DNA of 64,000 nucleotides from Gemmatimonadaceae bacterium (GCA_051859245.1 JBHYGA010000004.1:448001-512000); one strand, 5' to 3'; counted from the stretch's first letter, positions 9,342-20,624 are shown. The notes: generated by a model from the sequence alone, not told the origin. A program made the numbers and translations.

Positions 9342-10184
9342 ATGACCGCGCCGCCGCCGCTCACCTACGTTGAGTTTGCGCCCGGCAGCGCGGTGCAGGA
9401 CCTCGCGCTCACCTACTGGGGATTCACCGTCCGGGCGTTGCCTTGGGACGGTTTTCAGCATGTGGTCTGGCCCGACGGATGCCTCGTCATCTCGCTCGCG
9501 CTCATGCACGGCGAGCCGGTCGCCACACCCCTGGTGGGCCCGCGGCGCACGCCCCTCACCGTGCCGGTGCAGCCAGGCCTTCAATATTGGGGCGTACGCT
9601 TTCGCCCCGAAATGGGCGCGGCCTTCCTCGGCCGGCCGGCGCCGCAGCTGCGCGATCAGTCGGGACCCGCGCACCACTGGTTAGGTGCCGAACCGCTCCG
9701 CATGCTCACGCTCCGCGTGATGAGTGCGCTGGAGCCGTTTCCGCCGCTCAGCACCGGACCCGACGTGGAGGCCGCAGTGGGGCTGGCGCTCGACCGGTGG
9801 CTGTTCGATTCGGCCGACTCCACGATGCCGCCGGAACAGTGCGTGCGAGACGCTGTTAAGGCAATTGTCGCGACAGAAGGCGCGCAACAAATGGCCACAA
9901 TAGCAACAGTTGTGGGTGTAAGTCCGCGGCACCTCCAGCGATGCTTTAAGGAGGCGGTCGGACTGAGCCCCAAAGAGTACGCGCTGGTTCGGCGGGCCCG
10001 ACACGCGCTCAAGCGTATTGCCCTGGAAGACGCGAACGACGGCGCACTGGCCCGCGTGGCCGTAGAAACCGGCTTCGCAGACCAATCCCACCTCACCCGC
10101 GACTTCCAGCGGTTAATGAGCGGCGCGCCCGAGCAGCTTCGCATGCGCCTCGCCGCGATCGAGCACAGCGCGCTGCTGGACTGA
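9342..10184 (+). CDS. AraC-family regulator (DUF6597-type N-terminus)
   Basis: WPDGC and GVRFRP N-domain. SPRHLQRCFKEAVGLSPK and GFADQSHLTRDF HTHs. Confidence 0.9.
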   Translation: MTAPPPLTYVEFAPGSAVQDLALTYWGFTVRALPWDGFQHVVWPDGCLVISLALMHGEPVATPLVGPRRTPLTVPVQPGLQYWGVRFRPEMGAAFLGRPAPQLRDQSGPAHHWLGAEPLRMLTLRVMSALEPFPPLSTGPDVEAAVGLALDRWLFDSADSTMPPEQCVRDAVKAIVATEGAQQMATIATVVGVSPRHLQRCFKEAVGLSPKEYALVRRARHALKRIALEDANDGALARVAVETGFADQSHLTRDFQRLMSGAPEQLRMRLAAIEHSALLD

Positions 10185-10344
10185 CGCCAGTCCCGCCGAG
10201 TGCCCGATTCTGCGCGGCGGCAGCGAGTGCCCGATACGCGCCCACCGGCGTGCGGCGCGTGGCGCAATTGTTCAAGACGGGCGGTATTCCGACCGTTATC
10301 CTGCGCGCTGACTTGAGGTTCACCTAACGCATGAGGTCAGCGAC

Positions 10345-10920
10345 ATGAAGAATAGAGCGGCACGACGTTTAGCTTTCGTGGCTTTCGCGGGTTATCTAAT
10401 AGCAGCATCAACGAGTCATGCACAGAGCACTAACGGATCAGCAGACGCTGAGGTAGCGCAGGCTCAGAAGGCGATGGAGCGCGTCGCGTTCCTCGTCGGG
10501 GAATGGGAGGGCGAAGGCTGGATCATCCGCGGACCGGGACCACGAACTACATTCCGGCAGAAGGAAAGCATTGCCTACGGCGCGAACCGGACGGCCGTGA
10601 CGCTTCGGGGCGAGGGATCGGTGCTCGATTCCGCGTCGGGTCGTTGGCAGGTTGTCTTTGAAGCCGGTGGTCTGCTCACCTACGACGCCGCGGAAAAGCG
10701 CTACAAGATGCTCAACGTGGGAGGCAATGGACGCGCGCTTGCGCTCGAACCGGAGATCCGTGAGAACGGCATGACGTGGGGATTCGACCTGCCCGGCAGC
10801 CGGATCCGATACGTCATCTCCCACCCGCCCGACGGCACCTTTACGGAAATCGGCGAAATGTCATCCGACAACGGCGCCACCTGGCGGCAGTTCTTCTACA
10901 TGAAACTCCGTCGCCGTTAA
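10345..10920 (+). CDS. Secreted beta-barrel protein (DUF1579-like)
   Basis: Signal peptide, FLVGEWEGEG start, GEMSSDNGATW end. Confidence 0.65.
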   Translation: MKNRAARRLAFVAFAGYLIAASTSHAQSTNGSADAEVAQAQKAMERVAFLVGEWEGEGWIIRGPGPRTTFRQKESIAYGANRTAVTLRGEGSVLDSASGRWQVVFEAGGLLTYDAAEKRYKMLNVGGNGRALALEPEIRENGMTWGFDLPGSRIRYVISHPPDGTFTEIGEMSSDNGATWRQFFYMKLRRR

Positions 10921-10965
10921 AACGACGGTGACCGAACCGACCGGCCGGTCGGCTATCTTGCAAAG

Positions 10966-11487
10966 GTGACTGATCCCTTTGCTCCCGAATCCGACGCGGC
11001 GCAGCCGGCGTGGCGTCGCTGGATTGAAAACCCCAGATACATGCTCGTGCTCGCGGTGGTGGCCCTCGCCGCGGGCATCTGGATGAGCCGCAACGCCTCG
11101 CGCAACGCGGCCGCCCGCGCCGAACTCCCGCCGCCCGCCGACTGCCGGCGTTTTCCGGGCGCGTGTGCCAAGGATCTGCCGAGTGCGCCGCCGGCTGAAG
11201 TGGCATCGCTGCACGCGGAGGTCGCGTTTGCCGATTCCGCGTGGCGCGCTACGCTGGAGCGCGAGCGTCGATCGGGCGTGTTTCCCGACAAGGGACTCAC
11301 CGCCATGCGCGATGCGTTGGTAGCCACCGAGTCGGCGATTCTCGACGCGCGCGCGATTGTGCACGAGGCCGAGCAAACTGGAGATGCTGACGCACGCACG
11401 CGGGCACTCGAATCGCTAACGGTGGCGTATGAGAACAAGCGGGCGCTGTTGCTGCGCGCGCGCCGTTTGCTCGAGGAGGCGATCTGA
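10966..11487 (+). CDS. Single-TM protein resembling putative anti-sigma factor C-terminus
   Basis: One TM, helical C-terminus (AYENKRALL), coupled to a DUF4097 gene. Confidence 0.5.
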   Translation: MTDPFAPESDAAQPAWRRWIENPRYMLVLAVVALAAGIWMSRNASRNAAARAELPPPADCRRFPGACAKDLPSAPPAEVASLHAEVAFADSAWRATLERERRSGVFPDKGLTAMRDALVATESAILDARAIVHEAEQTGDADARTRALESLTVAYENKRALLLRARRLLEEAI

Positions 11488-12539
11488 TGCGCGCGGCATT
11501 TGCATCGTTGTGTGCTTTTTCAATCGCAATCGCGGCAACGCCGAACGTTGCGGCCGCACAAAAACCCGTGAACGCCAGCGCGCGTGTCGCGCCCGGTTCC
11601 GTAATCCACCTGCGTTTGCAGAGTGGCTCCGTACGACTCTCCGGCTGGGAGCACGACTCTGTACATGTGAGCGGCATGCTCGCTCCCGGCGAGTCCTGGG
11701 CCATGCGCGCCGATGGTGACACAATGCGTTTGCGCGCCGAGGGAATTCCGCGCGGGCTCGCCGCACCGAGTGAGCTCGAGATTTTTGTGCCGCGACGTTC
11801 TGTACTCATTGTGCGTGCCGCTGCGGCGTCACTAGTCGTGCGCGACTTTGATCAAACGGTCGACGTTGCGACAGCGGCCGGCAACCTGCTCGTGGAAGCG
11901 GTGCGCGGAACTGTGCGCGCCGAAACGATGCAAGGCACGCTTACCGTACTTGGCCCGATACCGCGCGTTGAAGCGAGCACGGCCTCGGGTGCACTGCTCG
12001 TGAGCGTGCCCTACGATACGATCAACGACACCGTCTATGCTCGGCGCCGTGAAAGTGCGGCTGCGCCGAAAGAGCAACCATTTGGTGTGGTCGTACTGCG
12101 CAGTGTAAGCGGCCGCATCACATTCGATGCACCAGAGGTGGACAGCGCCGAGATTCACAACGTGCGTGGTGATGTGCGTGTGGTGACATCGCCGAGTGAT
12201 AGTGGGCGTGTGTATGTCACGTCGCACACGGGTCGTGTGACGGTGGGATGGACGCTTGATACACACGCACTCATTGATGCGATTACACAACGTGGTGGTG
12301 TGCGCGGACGTTTGGTGGCGTACGCGATGCCCGCGTCGTCTGCGCAGCCGTCGCCAATGCCGGGTGCTGAAGTGTCGATGGAAGTTGATGTGGAAACGTT
12401 GCTCACGAAAACGCCGTCGGGTGTTCGTGTGACGCATGCGCTGCGACGATTGCCCGATGCGCCGCTGTTTCCGATTCTGATTCGTGTGGTGCGCGGTGAC
12501 ATTGTGTTTGAGCGCGTGGACATTCGTCCGGCGCCGTAG
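11487..12539 (+). CDS. DUF4097 beta-strand-repeat secreted protein
   Basis: Signal peptide, repeated T/S-x-x-G-x-hydrophobic units, V-x-GW-D pattern. Confidence 0.7.
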   Translation: MRAAFASLCAFSIAIAATPNVAAAQKPVNASARVAPGSVIHLRLQSGSVRLSGWEHDSVHVSGMLAPGESWAMRADGDTMRLRAEGIPRGLAAPSELEIFVPRRSVLIVRAAAASLVVRDFDQTVDVATAAGNLLVEAVRGTVRAETMQGTLTVLGPIPRVEASTASGALLVSVPYDTINDTVYARRRESAAAPKEQPFGVVVLRSVSGRITFDAPEVDSAEIHNVRGDVRVVTSPSDSGRVYVTSHTGRVTVGWTLDTHALIDAITQRGGVRGRLVAYAMPASSAQPSPMPGAEVSMEVDVETLLTKTPSGVRVTHALRRLPDAPLFPILIRVVRGDIVFERVDIRPAP

Positions 12540-12675
12540 CGCAAAACGTGCGCGCCGCGGTCAATACGCCAAACGGGCAGCGCGCGCATCTGGTTGGGAC
12601 GGGACGATCTCGGGGGCTGGCGCACTCACTCCGGATCGCGCAGAATTTCCGTCCCCTTCCTACCGAGGAGATGCA

Positions 12676-13311
12676 ATGCGTGTGTTTCGCGTGCTGCCGT
12701 ATGTGATGGCGGTGGTGCTGTGCGTGCCGGCCGTGATGAGCGCACAAGGCCGACCAGCGGGTTGGTTAACACGATTTGACAAGGGCGAACACGCCGGTCA
12801 CGGCGCCGACTCGCTCGCGTTTCAGGACATGAAGCCCGGCTTTCATGTGACCACGGGGCCCGCAGCGATCCTGTGGCACCCCGACAGTTCAGCGCGCGGC
12901 GACTTTACGATTGAGTCGACGCTGCACCTGTTCGACACCAAGGGCCGTGACCGTGAAGGCTACGGCGTGATCGTTGGCGGACGTGATCTGAACGCTGACG
13001 CGCAGAGTTACACGTACTTTCTGCTCCGCAACGACGGCAAGTTCATTGTGAAGCAGCGCAAGGGTGCGGAGACGCCCACGGTGGCGCCCTGGACCGATCA
13101 CGCGTCGATCAACAAGTGGTCCACGTCGGCGGGATCAAGTGTGAAGAACGTGCTGGCGGTGAAGGCGACGGGCCCGACGGTGCAGTTTCTGGTGAACGGC
13201 CAGGTGGTGCACAGCGCGCCGCGTGCGACGGTGAATCCCGATGGCATTTTTGGCATTCGCGCCAACCACAGTGTGAACCTGCACGTGCAGACGATCGGTC
13301 GCGCGCCGTAG
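12676..13311 (+). CDS. Secreted lectin/glucanase-fold (DUF1080-like) protein
   Basis: GAGGAG RBS, signal peptide, EGYGVIVGG, FLVNG, GIFGIRANH. Confidence 0.6.
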   Translation: MRVFRVLPYVMAVVLCVPAVMSAQGRPAGWLTRFDKGEHAGHGADSLAFQDMKPGFHVTTGPAAILWHPDSSARGDFTIESTLHLFDTKGRDREGYGVIVGGRDLNADAQSYTYFLLRNDGKFIVKQRKGAETPTVAPWTDHASINKWSTSAGSSVKNVLAVKATGPTVQFLVNGQVVHSAPRATVNPDGIFGIRANHSVNLHVQTIGRAP

Positions 13312-13386
13312 GGCACTGGCAGGGGGAGGTCGAGGCGATTATGTATTGTGGATGGGCCGGTCGGCACAACCGACTGGCCCGTTGTT

Positions 13387-13459
<73 letters not shown>

Positions 13460-13493
13460 CTTCGAGCAAAAGCACGTCACATAACGACTACGC

Positions 13494-13525
13494 GAGCGGC
13501 GCCTGGGCTAATCCGGGCGCCGTTC
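13494..13525 (+). terminator. GC-rich hairpin downstream of tRNA-Phe
   Basis: GAGCGGCGCCTGG / CCGGGCGCCGTTC with G-U pairs and a weak U tail. Confidence 0.5.
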
Positions 13526-13647
13526 TGCAATTTGCTCGCAAAACACTTTCGAAGAGGGAGATAGGCGGTCGCGAAGAGGGAGCTAGGCCCAGAGACTCGC
13601 GACTCAAGCGACAGCGGACGAAACGATGTCGCGTTCTCACAGTCGAG

Positions 13648-14805
13648 CTATTGCAAATACGACTCCGTCAACGCGACCCAGTATGCCGCGCCCTTCGGAA
13701 GGATCTCTTGGTTCAGCACAAACCGCGGGTGATGCACCATCGGCGTGTCGCCGTTGCCGAGGAAGCAGTACGTGCCCTTCTGCGCCTGCAGCATGAAGGC
13801 AAAGTCCTCCGACCCCAAGAACGTGGGGCCGGGATAGATGACCTCCGCATCGCCGAACGCGGCGCGCGCGATCTCAGCGGCCCGCCGCGTCTCGGACTCG
13901 TCGTTCACAAGGACCGCACCTGGCACTCCCTCGCGGATCTCCCAGGTGCAGCCGAACCCCTCGGCCTGCGATCGTGTAAGTGAGCGCACCTTACCGAGCA
14001 CCAACTCTCGGTCGGCGTCCGTCTTCGTGCGAATCGACAGCCGAAGGATTGCGCTCTGGGCGATCACGTTGCCGGCGTTCCCCGACAGAAATGCACCAAC
14101 GGTCACCACCGCGCTGTTGTGTGGTGAAACGTTGCGTGCCACGATGGACTGCAACGCCATCACGAGTGACGCGCCGGCAATCACGGGGTCGACACTGAGC
14201 TCGGGCATCGATCCATGTCCGCCCTTGCCCGTGAGCTCGATCTCCCAGTTGTCGACTGCTGCCATGACATCGCCATGTGCGAAATAGAGCTTGCCGAGCT
14301 CGAGTCCGGGCATGTTGTGCATGCCGAACACGGCGTCGACGGGAAAGCGCTCGAACAGGCCATCGCGAATCATCGCCGGCCCACCTTCCATCGTCTCTTC
14401 GCCCGGCTGGAAGATCAGCCGTACCGTGCCGTTAAAGTGCTTTGACTCGGCGAGGTACTTCCCGGCAGCGAGCAGCATCGTGGTGTGTCCGTCGTGGCCA
14501 CACAGGTGCGCGACATCCGCAACCTCGCTCCGATAAGCGAGATCGTTGACCTCTTCTATCGGCAACGCGTCGAAGTCCGCACGCAACCCAATGGCCTTTC
14601 CGCTGCTCCCAACCGTCATCGACGCGACGATGCCGTGCTTGCCCACTCCCGTCACAACCTCGTAGCCCCACGGCTCGAGGATGCTCGCGATGTACCGTGC
14701 CGTCTCCGTTTCGCGCATTGACAGTTCGGGATGGCGGTGCATGTGCTCGAACCACTGCGTCATCTGTTCGCGGTCGGTGCGCAGGGCGGAGAGAATGGCG
14801 TTCAT
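13648..14805 (-). CDS. M20D amidohydrolase (hippurate hydrolase-like)
   Basis: HRHPELS, LRADFDALP, HLCGHDGH, FQPGEE, GSEDF. Confidence 0.93.
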   Translation of the reverse strand: MNAILSALRTDREQMTQWFEHMHRHPELSMRETETARYIASILEPWGYEVVTGVGKHGIVASMTVGSSGKAIGLRADFDALPIEEVNDLAYRSEVADVAHLCGHDGHTTMLLAAGKYLAESKHFNGTVRLIFQPGEETMEGGPAMIRDGLFERFPVDAVFGMHNMPGLELGKLYFAHGDVMAAVDNWEIELTGKGGHGSMPELSVDPVIAGASLVMALQSIVARNVSPHNSAVVTVGAFLSGNAGNVIAQSAILRLSIRTKTDADRELVLGKVRSLTRSQAEGFGCTWEIREGVPGAVLVNDESETRRAAEIARAAFGDAEVIYPGPTFLGSEDFAFMLQAQKGTYCFLGNGDTPMVHHPRFVLNQEILPKGAAYWVALTESYLQ

Positions 14806-16361
14806 GCGCGTTCCCTCTTGGGAGAAGCCGAGTCGCTTTCGTACCCCGATGCCGGAAGACCGGTCGACAAGTTCGCGTCGAGCGCGCTCTCGTCGTCGCG
14901 TCGCGGCCGCGCGGGGATTGTGAGTCGGATGGATACGATTGCCGCCACGACCATCAGCAAGTTGATCGCAAGTGCGAAAAACGCGGCTTGACGGATCGCG
15001 AGGTTGTCCTGTCGGCCCACGTAGCTAATCACGCCCTCGATCCAGGTGACCGAGTCGTTGCTACCGCTCAATGCAGTAAAGATTGTAGCGGAGATCGCAA
15101 CGCCAAACGATGCGCCGAGCGACGACGCCATCTTGTAGAGGCCAGCGCCGCTCCCGGCTTTGTCGTCCGGCAAGGCCGACAGCGCGGCATCGGTCGACGG
15201 CGTCGCGTAAAACGCGAGTCCGAGACCGAACAGCGTGAAGCCCACGACGGTAAGGATCTTGTACGTCCCGAGCATCACGTTGGTCGGCATCAGACACGCG
15301 ATGGACGCACCGACGATCAACGAGCCCCATATCATCGGTCGCCGCGGACCGAAACGCTGCAGCAGTTTCTCGCCGACTCGGATGAATGCCACGATGGCGA
15401 TGGCGTAGCCTATGGTGAGGAAGCCTGCCTGTTGCGCCGACATCCCACCTCCCGCCTGCACGAGCATCATGGCTACGATCAAAATGCCTGCGGTGGCATT
15501 GAGCAGGAAGTTTGATATCGTCGCGCCGGTGTACGTCATGTTGCGGAACAGCGCAAAATCGACGAAGGCATGTGGGTTGCCGGACTCGATCCTGAAGAAC
15601 AGTCCGCCGAAGACGATGGTGGCGGCAAGCAATCCTAGAGCGGGGACGCTCGTCCACCCGAGACTTGCTCCCTGCGTCGCAAAGATCTGCAACGCGACCA
15701 TCGAGCCCATGAACGTCAGCACGCCCGCTGTGTCGAAGCGGTAGGCCCCTTTCGAAGCGGCACGGCTCTCAGGAGTTCCAGCCACCATGAGCATGCCGAG
15801 CAAGGACAGAGCGGCTCCCGCAAAGAAAATCCAGCGCCAGCCAACGTTTTCGGCCATGAGGCCGCCAAACAGCGCCGCGAATCCCGAACCGCCCCAGGAC
15901 CCCATCGACCAAAGGGAGACGGCACGCTGACGTGCCGCGCCGGTCCAGTACGCTTTTACGAGCGCCAAACTCGCGGACATGATGAAGGCGCCCGAAAGGC
16001 CCTGCAGAATGCGCCCGAACATCAAGAACGTAGTGGCCAACCGACCGGACGGCGCCGCGCCAACCAGCACCGAGCCGGCAATACTGAGCGCGAAGCCGAT
16101 TTGCACAATCTTCACGCGGCCAAATCGGTCTGCGAGGCTTCCAACGACAACGATAAAGATGCCGGAGAACAGCGCCGTGATCGACACGGCGATGTTCATG
16201 ACACTCGTCTCGATGCCGAGGTCCTGCGCCATGACCGGCGAGATGTTCAGCGTCGTCTGCGCAAAGAGCCAGAACGCGAGCACGCCGAAGATGATGCCGA
16301 AGAGAACGCGGTCGTTCCCGACGAAGCTGACGTCGCGGTGCCGAGCGGTGGGGAGATCCAT
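14802..16361 (-). CDS. 14-TM MFS transporter (NorB-like, DHA2)
   Basis: GSLADRFGR motif A, WSMGSWGG, YKMASSLG. ATGA overlap with amidohydrolase. Confidence 0.9.
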   Translation of the reverse strand: MDLPTARHRDVSFVGNDRVLFGIIFGVLAFWLFAQTTLNISPVMAQDLGIETSVMNIAVSITALFSGIFIVVVGSLADRFGRVKIVQIGFALSIAGSVLVGAAPSGRLATTFLMFGRILQGLSGAFIMSASLALVKAYWTGAARQRAVSLWSMGSWGGSGFAALFGGLMAENVGWRWIFFAGAALSLLGMLMVAGTPESRAASKGAYRFDTAGVLTFMGSMVALQIFATQGASLGWTSVPALGLLAATIVFGGLFFRIESGNPHAFVDFALFRNMTYTGATISNFLLNATAGILIVAMMLVQAGGGMSAQQAGFLTIGYAIAIVAFIRVGEKLLQRFGPRRPMIWGSLIVGASIACLMPTNVMLGTYKILTVVGFTLFGLGLAFYATPSTDAALSALPDDKAGSGAGLYKMASSLGASFGVAISATIFTALSGSNDSVTWIEGVISYVGRQDNLAIRQAAFFALAINLLMVVAAIVSIRLTIPARPRRDDESALDANLSTGLPASGYESDSASPKRERA

Positions 16362-16598
16362 GGTGTAGCGCTCCGCGGTGAACGCCTGCCGGGAGGTGCG
16401 TGGAACCCGATGCCTCCCGAAGATGCCCATTCCGCTGGAAACCGCAAGCGTGAGATGCCTTCGTGGGGAGGGACGCCTTCCGATCTTTCACGAAAGCACA
16501 CGGATGAGCACATTTTCGCGGACGGGCGTGCCGACAACGGCAAGTGAAGCGACTCAGCCCCGGGTGACGATGGGAATCACGCACACCGAAATCCAGCG

Positions 16599-17258
16599 AT
16601 GACACCGGACGAGCAGGTCATCATTGCGCGCTTCTTGGTCGTCTTCGACCTCCTCGGCACCTTCGTCTTTGCACTGAGCGGTGCGGCGGCCGGGACCCGG
16701 CATCGGTTGGACCTGTTCGGCGTGCTCGTGCTCTCGATCACGGCCGCAACCGCGGGTGGGGTCATACGCGACGTGCTGATAGGGATGGGCGTGCCGGCCG
16801 CCATTCACGATTGGCGCTACATCGCGGTGCCGGTGTGCGCCGGCCTCGTCTATTTCTACTGGCGCCCGCGCGTCGACCGGTTTCGGAACACCATGCTGTG
16901 GTTCGATGCCGCTGGCCTCGCCCTCTTCGCGGTGACCGGCACAAGCAAGGCACTCGCTTATGACATCAATCCGGTTTCCGCGGCGCTGCTCGGCATGCTG
17001 ACTGGCATCGGGGGTGGCATCGCGCGTGACGTACTCGTGTCTGAAGTACCAACGGTGCTGCGCGCCGAGCTGTACGCCATCACGGCGCTTGCAGGTGCCA
17101 CAGTGGTAGTGGGCGGTCACTTGATGCAGTTGCCAGCGGGTCCCGTCGCAACCGTCGGGGCGGTGGTGTGCTTCGGACTCCGCTACATGGGCATCCGCCA
17201 CGGATGGCGACTTCCACTCGCCGCGGTGGGCGAATCTACCGACACGGGCGAGCGCTGA
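16599..17258 (+). CDS. TRIC / UPF0126 family membrane protein
   Basis: Duplicated GGVIRD / GGGIARD motifs, FALSGA. Confidence 0.9.
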   Translation: MTPDEQVIIARFLVVFDLLGTFVFALSGAAAGTRHRLDLFGVLVLSITAATAGGVIRDVLIGMGVPAAIHDWRYIAVPVCAGLVYFYWRPRVDRFRNTMLWFDAAGLALFAVTGTSKALAYDINPVSAALLGMLTGIGGGIARDVLVSEVPTVLRAELYAITALAGATVVVGGHLMQLPAGPVATVGAVVCFGLRYMGIRHGWRLPLAAVGESTDTGER

Positions 17259-17291
17259 ATCGCTGAACGACGGGAGCGACTCCGCGGCCCT

Positions 17292-19172
17292 TTAGTCGAC
17301 TGCGTTCGTGTCCGGCGCATGGGAGTGTGCGAACGTGCCGGTGATGCTGGCTTCGGCCGACGGAGCCGACCACAAGATCGCAATCCCAACAACGCCCGCC
17401 AGAAGCGACGCACCGAAGATCGCGAGTTTCGTTGCCCCGAAGTCTGCGCCCTCAAGCGCCGCACCTGCGATGAAGAGCGACATCGTGAATCCGATTCCTC
17501 CGAGAGCTCCCGCGCCTGCGACGTGCCGCCACGTGTAGACCGCTGGCTTGTTCGCGATCCGAAGCCGCACCGCTCCCCAGGCGCCAGCCAGGATCCCGAC
17601 CAGCTTACCCACGACTAGTGCAGCAATGGTTGCCGTGATCAGTCGTCCTCGGCCCGTCAGTACGTCAGTGGACCACACCACACCAGCGTTTGCCAATGCG
17701 AAGATTGGCAACACGAAGAAGTTGGACCACGGCTCCATCGCGCGGAGGAGTTTGTTCGCCGGCGAGGAAAGGCGGTCGTGTACGGCATCGAGATCGTGCA
17801 GCGCATTGGCGGAGAGTCTGTGCGGCTGCGCTGGGGCACCCGCGAGTCGCGTTTCCACGTCGATGATCGCCTGCGCCTGCGCCATGAGCGCAGTGACGTT
17901 CGCGGGCGGTCGTGTCGGCGTAACGGCGGCCAGGATCACGCCCGCGAGGGTCGCATGCAGTCCCGACTCGTGGATCGCGAACCATAGCGCCACACCAAGC
18001 AGCACGTACGGAAGTGCGCGGTACACTTGCACCCGATTTAGCAGCACGAGCATGGCTGTGATGACCGCCGATGTGATGAGCCACGGTATGCTGATCGCGC
18101 TGGTGTAGAAGAGTGCGACGATGAGGATCGCCGCGAGGTCGTCGGCAATGACAACCGCCGTTAGAAACACCCGTAGCTCGACAGGCACCCGGTTGCCGAG
18201 CACGACGAGAAGCGCCACGGCGAAGGCGGTGTCGGTGGCAATGGTCATGCCCCATGCATGCCGGAATTGCGCTGGCACGATCAGGAAGTAGATCAGCGCC
18301 GGCACGATCATGCCCCCGAGCGCCGCTACCAACGGAAGCGCGGCAGCTTTGGGCGTCGCTAGACGGCCCACCGTCAACTCGCGCTTGATCTCAAGACCGA
18401 CGACCAGAAAAAAGACTGCCAGCAGGCCGTGGTTCACCCAGTCGATGAGAGTGAGCGCGAAGCCGGCGCCGCCGAAGGTGAAACCGGCTGGTGCGTCCCA
18501 GAACCCAAGAAACGCCGGGCCGAACGACGAGTTGCTCGCCACAACCGCAATCACGGTCATGAGCAGGAGCAACAGCCCGGTTGACGGTGCCCAGCGCGCA
18601 AAGTTTACGCTCGCAGTGCGGACGATTTCGCCCAAAGACCGCTCCATCGCTTCGCTGAGCGCGGTCTCGTCCCACGCTCCTTCATAGCGCCGCCCGTTGA
18701 TGAAAAAGGTCGGCGTGAGGCGGGCGCCACTATCAATGCCGCTGCGCGCATCGTCGCGCACGCGCGACGTCGCCGTCTGTGCGGACACCTTATCCCACTG
18801 CTCGCGAGGTGGTAGGCCCAGGTCACCGGCAATGGCGTCCAGTTCGCCGTCAGCGAATGTCGGGCTGTGCTGCATCAGCACATCGTGAACTGCCCAGAAA
18901 TCACCAGTACGTGCCGCTGCGTATTCGGCGAACACCGCCGCACGCGTCGCCAGTTCGCGGTCGGCGAGCGGGAGATGCCGATACACGTAGCGGAGGCGTG
19001 CGCCGAATCGTTCACGCAGGCGAGCGACCACCTCGTGCGTCGTGTGGCAGTGATCGCACAGGTAGCTCCCGTACTCGACCAGTGTAATCTCTGCGCCGTC
19101 GTCCCCCAGCACGTGGTCGTGGCGGGGATCGACGTCGCGCACCAGACGATACATCTGCTTTTCTGGCGACAT
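17292..19172 (-). CDS. nhaA: Na+/H+ antiporter NhaA with N-terminal DsbA-like thioredoxin domain
   Basis: N-terminal [11 protein letters not shown]...TPTFFING. NhaA motifs [27 protein letters not shown]. Confidence 0.9.
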   Translation of the reverse strand: MSPEKQMYRLVRDVDPRHDHVLGDDGAEITLVEYGSYLCDHCHTTHEVVARLRERFGARLRYVYRHLPLADRELATRAAVFAEYAAARTGDFWAVHDVLMQHSPTFADGELDAIAGDLGLPPREQWDKVSAQTATSRVRDDARSGIDSGARLTPTFFINGRRYEGAWDETALSEAMERSLGEIVRTASVNFARWAPSTGLLLLLMTVIAVVASNSSFGPAFLGFWDAPAGFTFGGAGFALTLIDWVNHGLLAVFFLVVGLEIKRELTVGRLATPKAAALPLVAALGGMIVPALIYFLIVPAQFRHAWGMTIATDTAFAVALLVVLGNRVPVELRVFLTAVVIADDLAAILIVALFYTSAISIPWLITSAVITAMLVLLNRVQVYRALPYVLLGVALWFAIHESGLHATLAGVILAAVTPTRPPANVTALMAQAQAIIDVETRLAGAPAQPHRLSANALHDLDAVHDRLSSPANKLLRAMEPWSNFFVLPIFALANAGVVWSTDVLTGRGRLITATIAALVVGKLVGILAGAWGAVRLRIANKPAVYTWRHVAGAGALGGIGFTMSLFIAGAALEGADFGATKLAIFGASLLAGVVGIAILWSAPSAEASITGTFAHSHAPDTNAVD

Positions 19173-19321
19173 GCCTCACCTGCGCTGCGTAGTTTTTCAC
19201 GGCGGACGTGCGCGTCGACACGCACGAGCGAGCTGCTACATCGACCTCAAGGACTCGACCTGCAACCCGCAGTTGGACGGCGGAACGACGCCACCGTCCA
19301 ACGCGAGCTGATGCATTCGGC

Positions 19322-20077
19322 TTACACAGCGGTGTAGCCACCATCCACGAGGTAATAACCGCCCGTGATGAATGACGCGTCTTCCGAGAGGAGGAAGGAC
19401 ACCAGCGTCGCGACTTCGTCCGAACGGCCAAGGCGACCAAGCGGATGGCGCGCGACGAGCGCGTTCTTCTGGTCATCGGGCAGCGTGGCGAGCAGCGGCG
19501 TCTCGATATACCCGGGGCCCACACTGTTCACGCGCAACCCCTGCGCGCCATACTCTACGGCGGCGTTACGTGTCAGGCCAACGACACCGTGCTTGGCGGC
19601 GGTGTACGCACTGTTGCCAGCTGCCGCCACGGAGCCATGGATCGAGGCAATGTTTACAATCGCGCTCTCGGACGCACCCGCCTGGAGCATCGCGGGGATC
19701 TGATATCGCATGCCGTACAGCACGCCATTCAAGTTAATGTCGATCACGCGCCTCCAATCCGCGAGATCGACTTCACCTGTTGGTGCCTGCGCACCACCGA
19801 TTCCGGCATTGTTTACCGCGTAGTGCAGCGCACCGTACGTCGACACAGCATGCGCAACGACGCGTTCGGCGTCCTCAGGCTTGGCCGTGTCCTGTCGGAT
19901 CGCGGTCGCGATACCACCGGCATTGGTGATCTCCTTCACTACGCTTTCGGCGGCATCCAGGTTGATGTCGGACAAGACCAACTTGACGCCGCTCTTCGCG
20001 AGCCGCTGTGCGATGGCTTTACCGAGCCCGGAGCCGCCGCCCGTCACGAGTGCTACCTTGCCGCTGAATCCTGACAT
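19322..20077 (-). CDS. Short-chain dehydrogenase/reductase
   Basis: TGGGSGLG, NNAG, YTAAK, PGYIETP. Confidence 0.93.
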   Translation of the reverse strand: MSGFSGKVALVTGGGSGLGKAIAQRLAKSGVKLVLSDINLDAAESVVKEITNAGGIATAIRQDTAKPEDAERVVAHAVSTYGALHYAVNNAGIGGAQAPTGEVDLADWRRVIDINLNGVLYGMRYQIPAMLQAGASESAIVNIASIHGSVAAAGNSAYTAAKHGVVGLTRNAAVEYGAQGLRVNSVGPGYIETPLLATLPDDQKNALVARHPLGRLGRSDEVATLVSFLLSEDASFITGGYYLVDGGYTAV

Positions 20078-20378
20078 ATCTGCTCCTTGATCGTTGTCGA
20101 CGTTCGGTCCGGCGCGTTCGCGCCAGCTCCAGAACGAGGACGGGTGAACTATTTGCGCCCGTCACGCAGCGGCCGAGAGCACAAGCTTGCGCGCAGTGAC
20201 AGCCGGTGTCGAGCCTGGACTGAAGCCGGTGACGTTGCCCACCATCAGCATGAGGGCAGCGTTGATTCGGAATGCCTTGCGCATTCTGCTCTCCGATTGC
20301 CTCCCCCGGTGAATGGTCTCGGCCGCCGACGTGCCGGATGCGTTGCGAGGAAGTCAGCGATGTCGCTCTTCAAACCCC

Positions 20379-20603
20379 TCATGATTTCGCGTCCCAGCTG
20401 GCGTCGGAGACGCTGCGGTGGGGCACCCTGCGTGCGCCGGCGGCGAGGCGAGCGGCGAGAATCGTGAGCGCCAGAAAGAGTGCGGCCCCGACAACGAAAA
20501 GCGGATGGGATTCAGCGATTGAAAAGAGGAAGACGGCGACAAGCAACGCCAAGATGAGCAGACCACTGCCCAGAAGCCCAGAACCGGAACTCTTTTTGCT
20601 CAT
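20379..20603 (-). CDS. Small 2-TM hypothetical protein
   Basis: AAGGAGGAG RBS, two hydrophobic helices. Confidence 0.65.
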   Translation of the reverse strand: MSKKSSGSGLLGSGLLILALLVAVFLFSIAESHPLFVVGAALFLALTILAARLAAGARRVPHRSVSDASWDAKS

Positions 20604-20624
20604 GACACTCCTCCTTATAGATAT

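Noticed and set aside
13481..13490. ATAACGACTA matching half of the MarR operator
   Set aside because: Half-site only and not in a promoter, so it may be chance or an att-adjacent motif.
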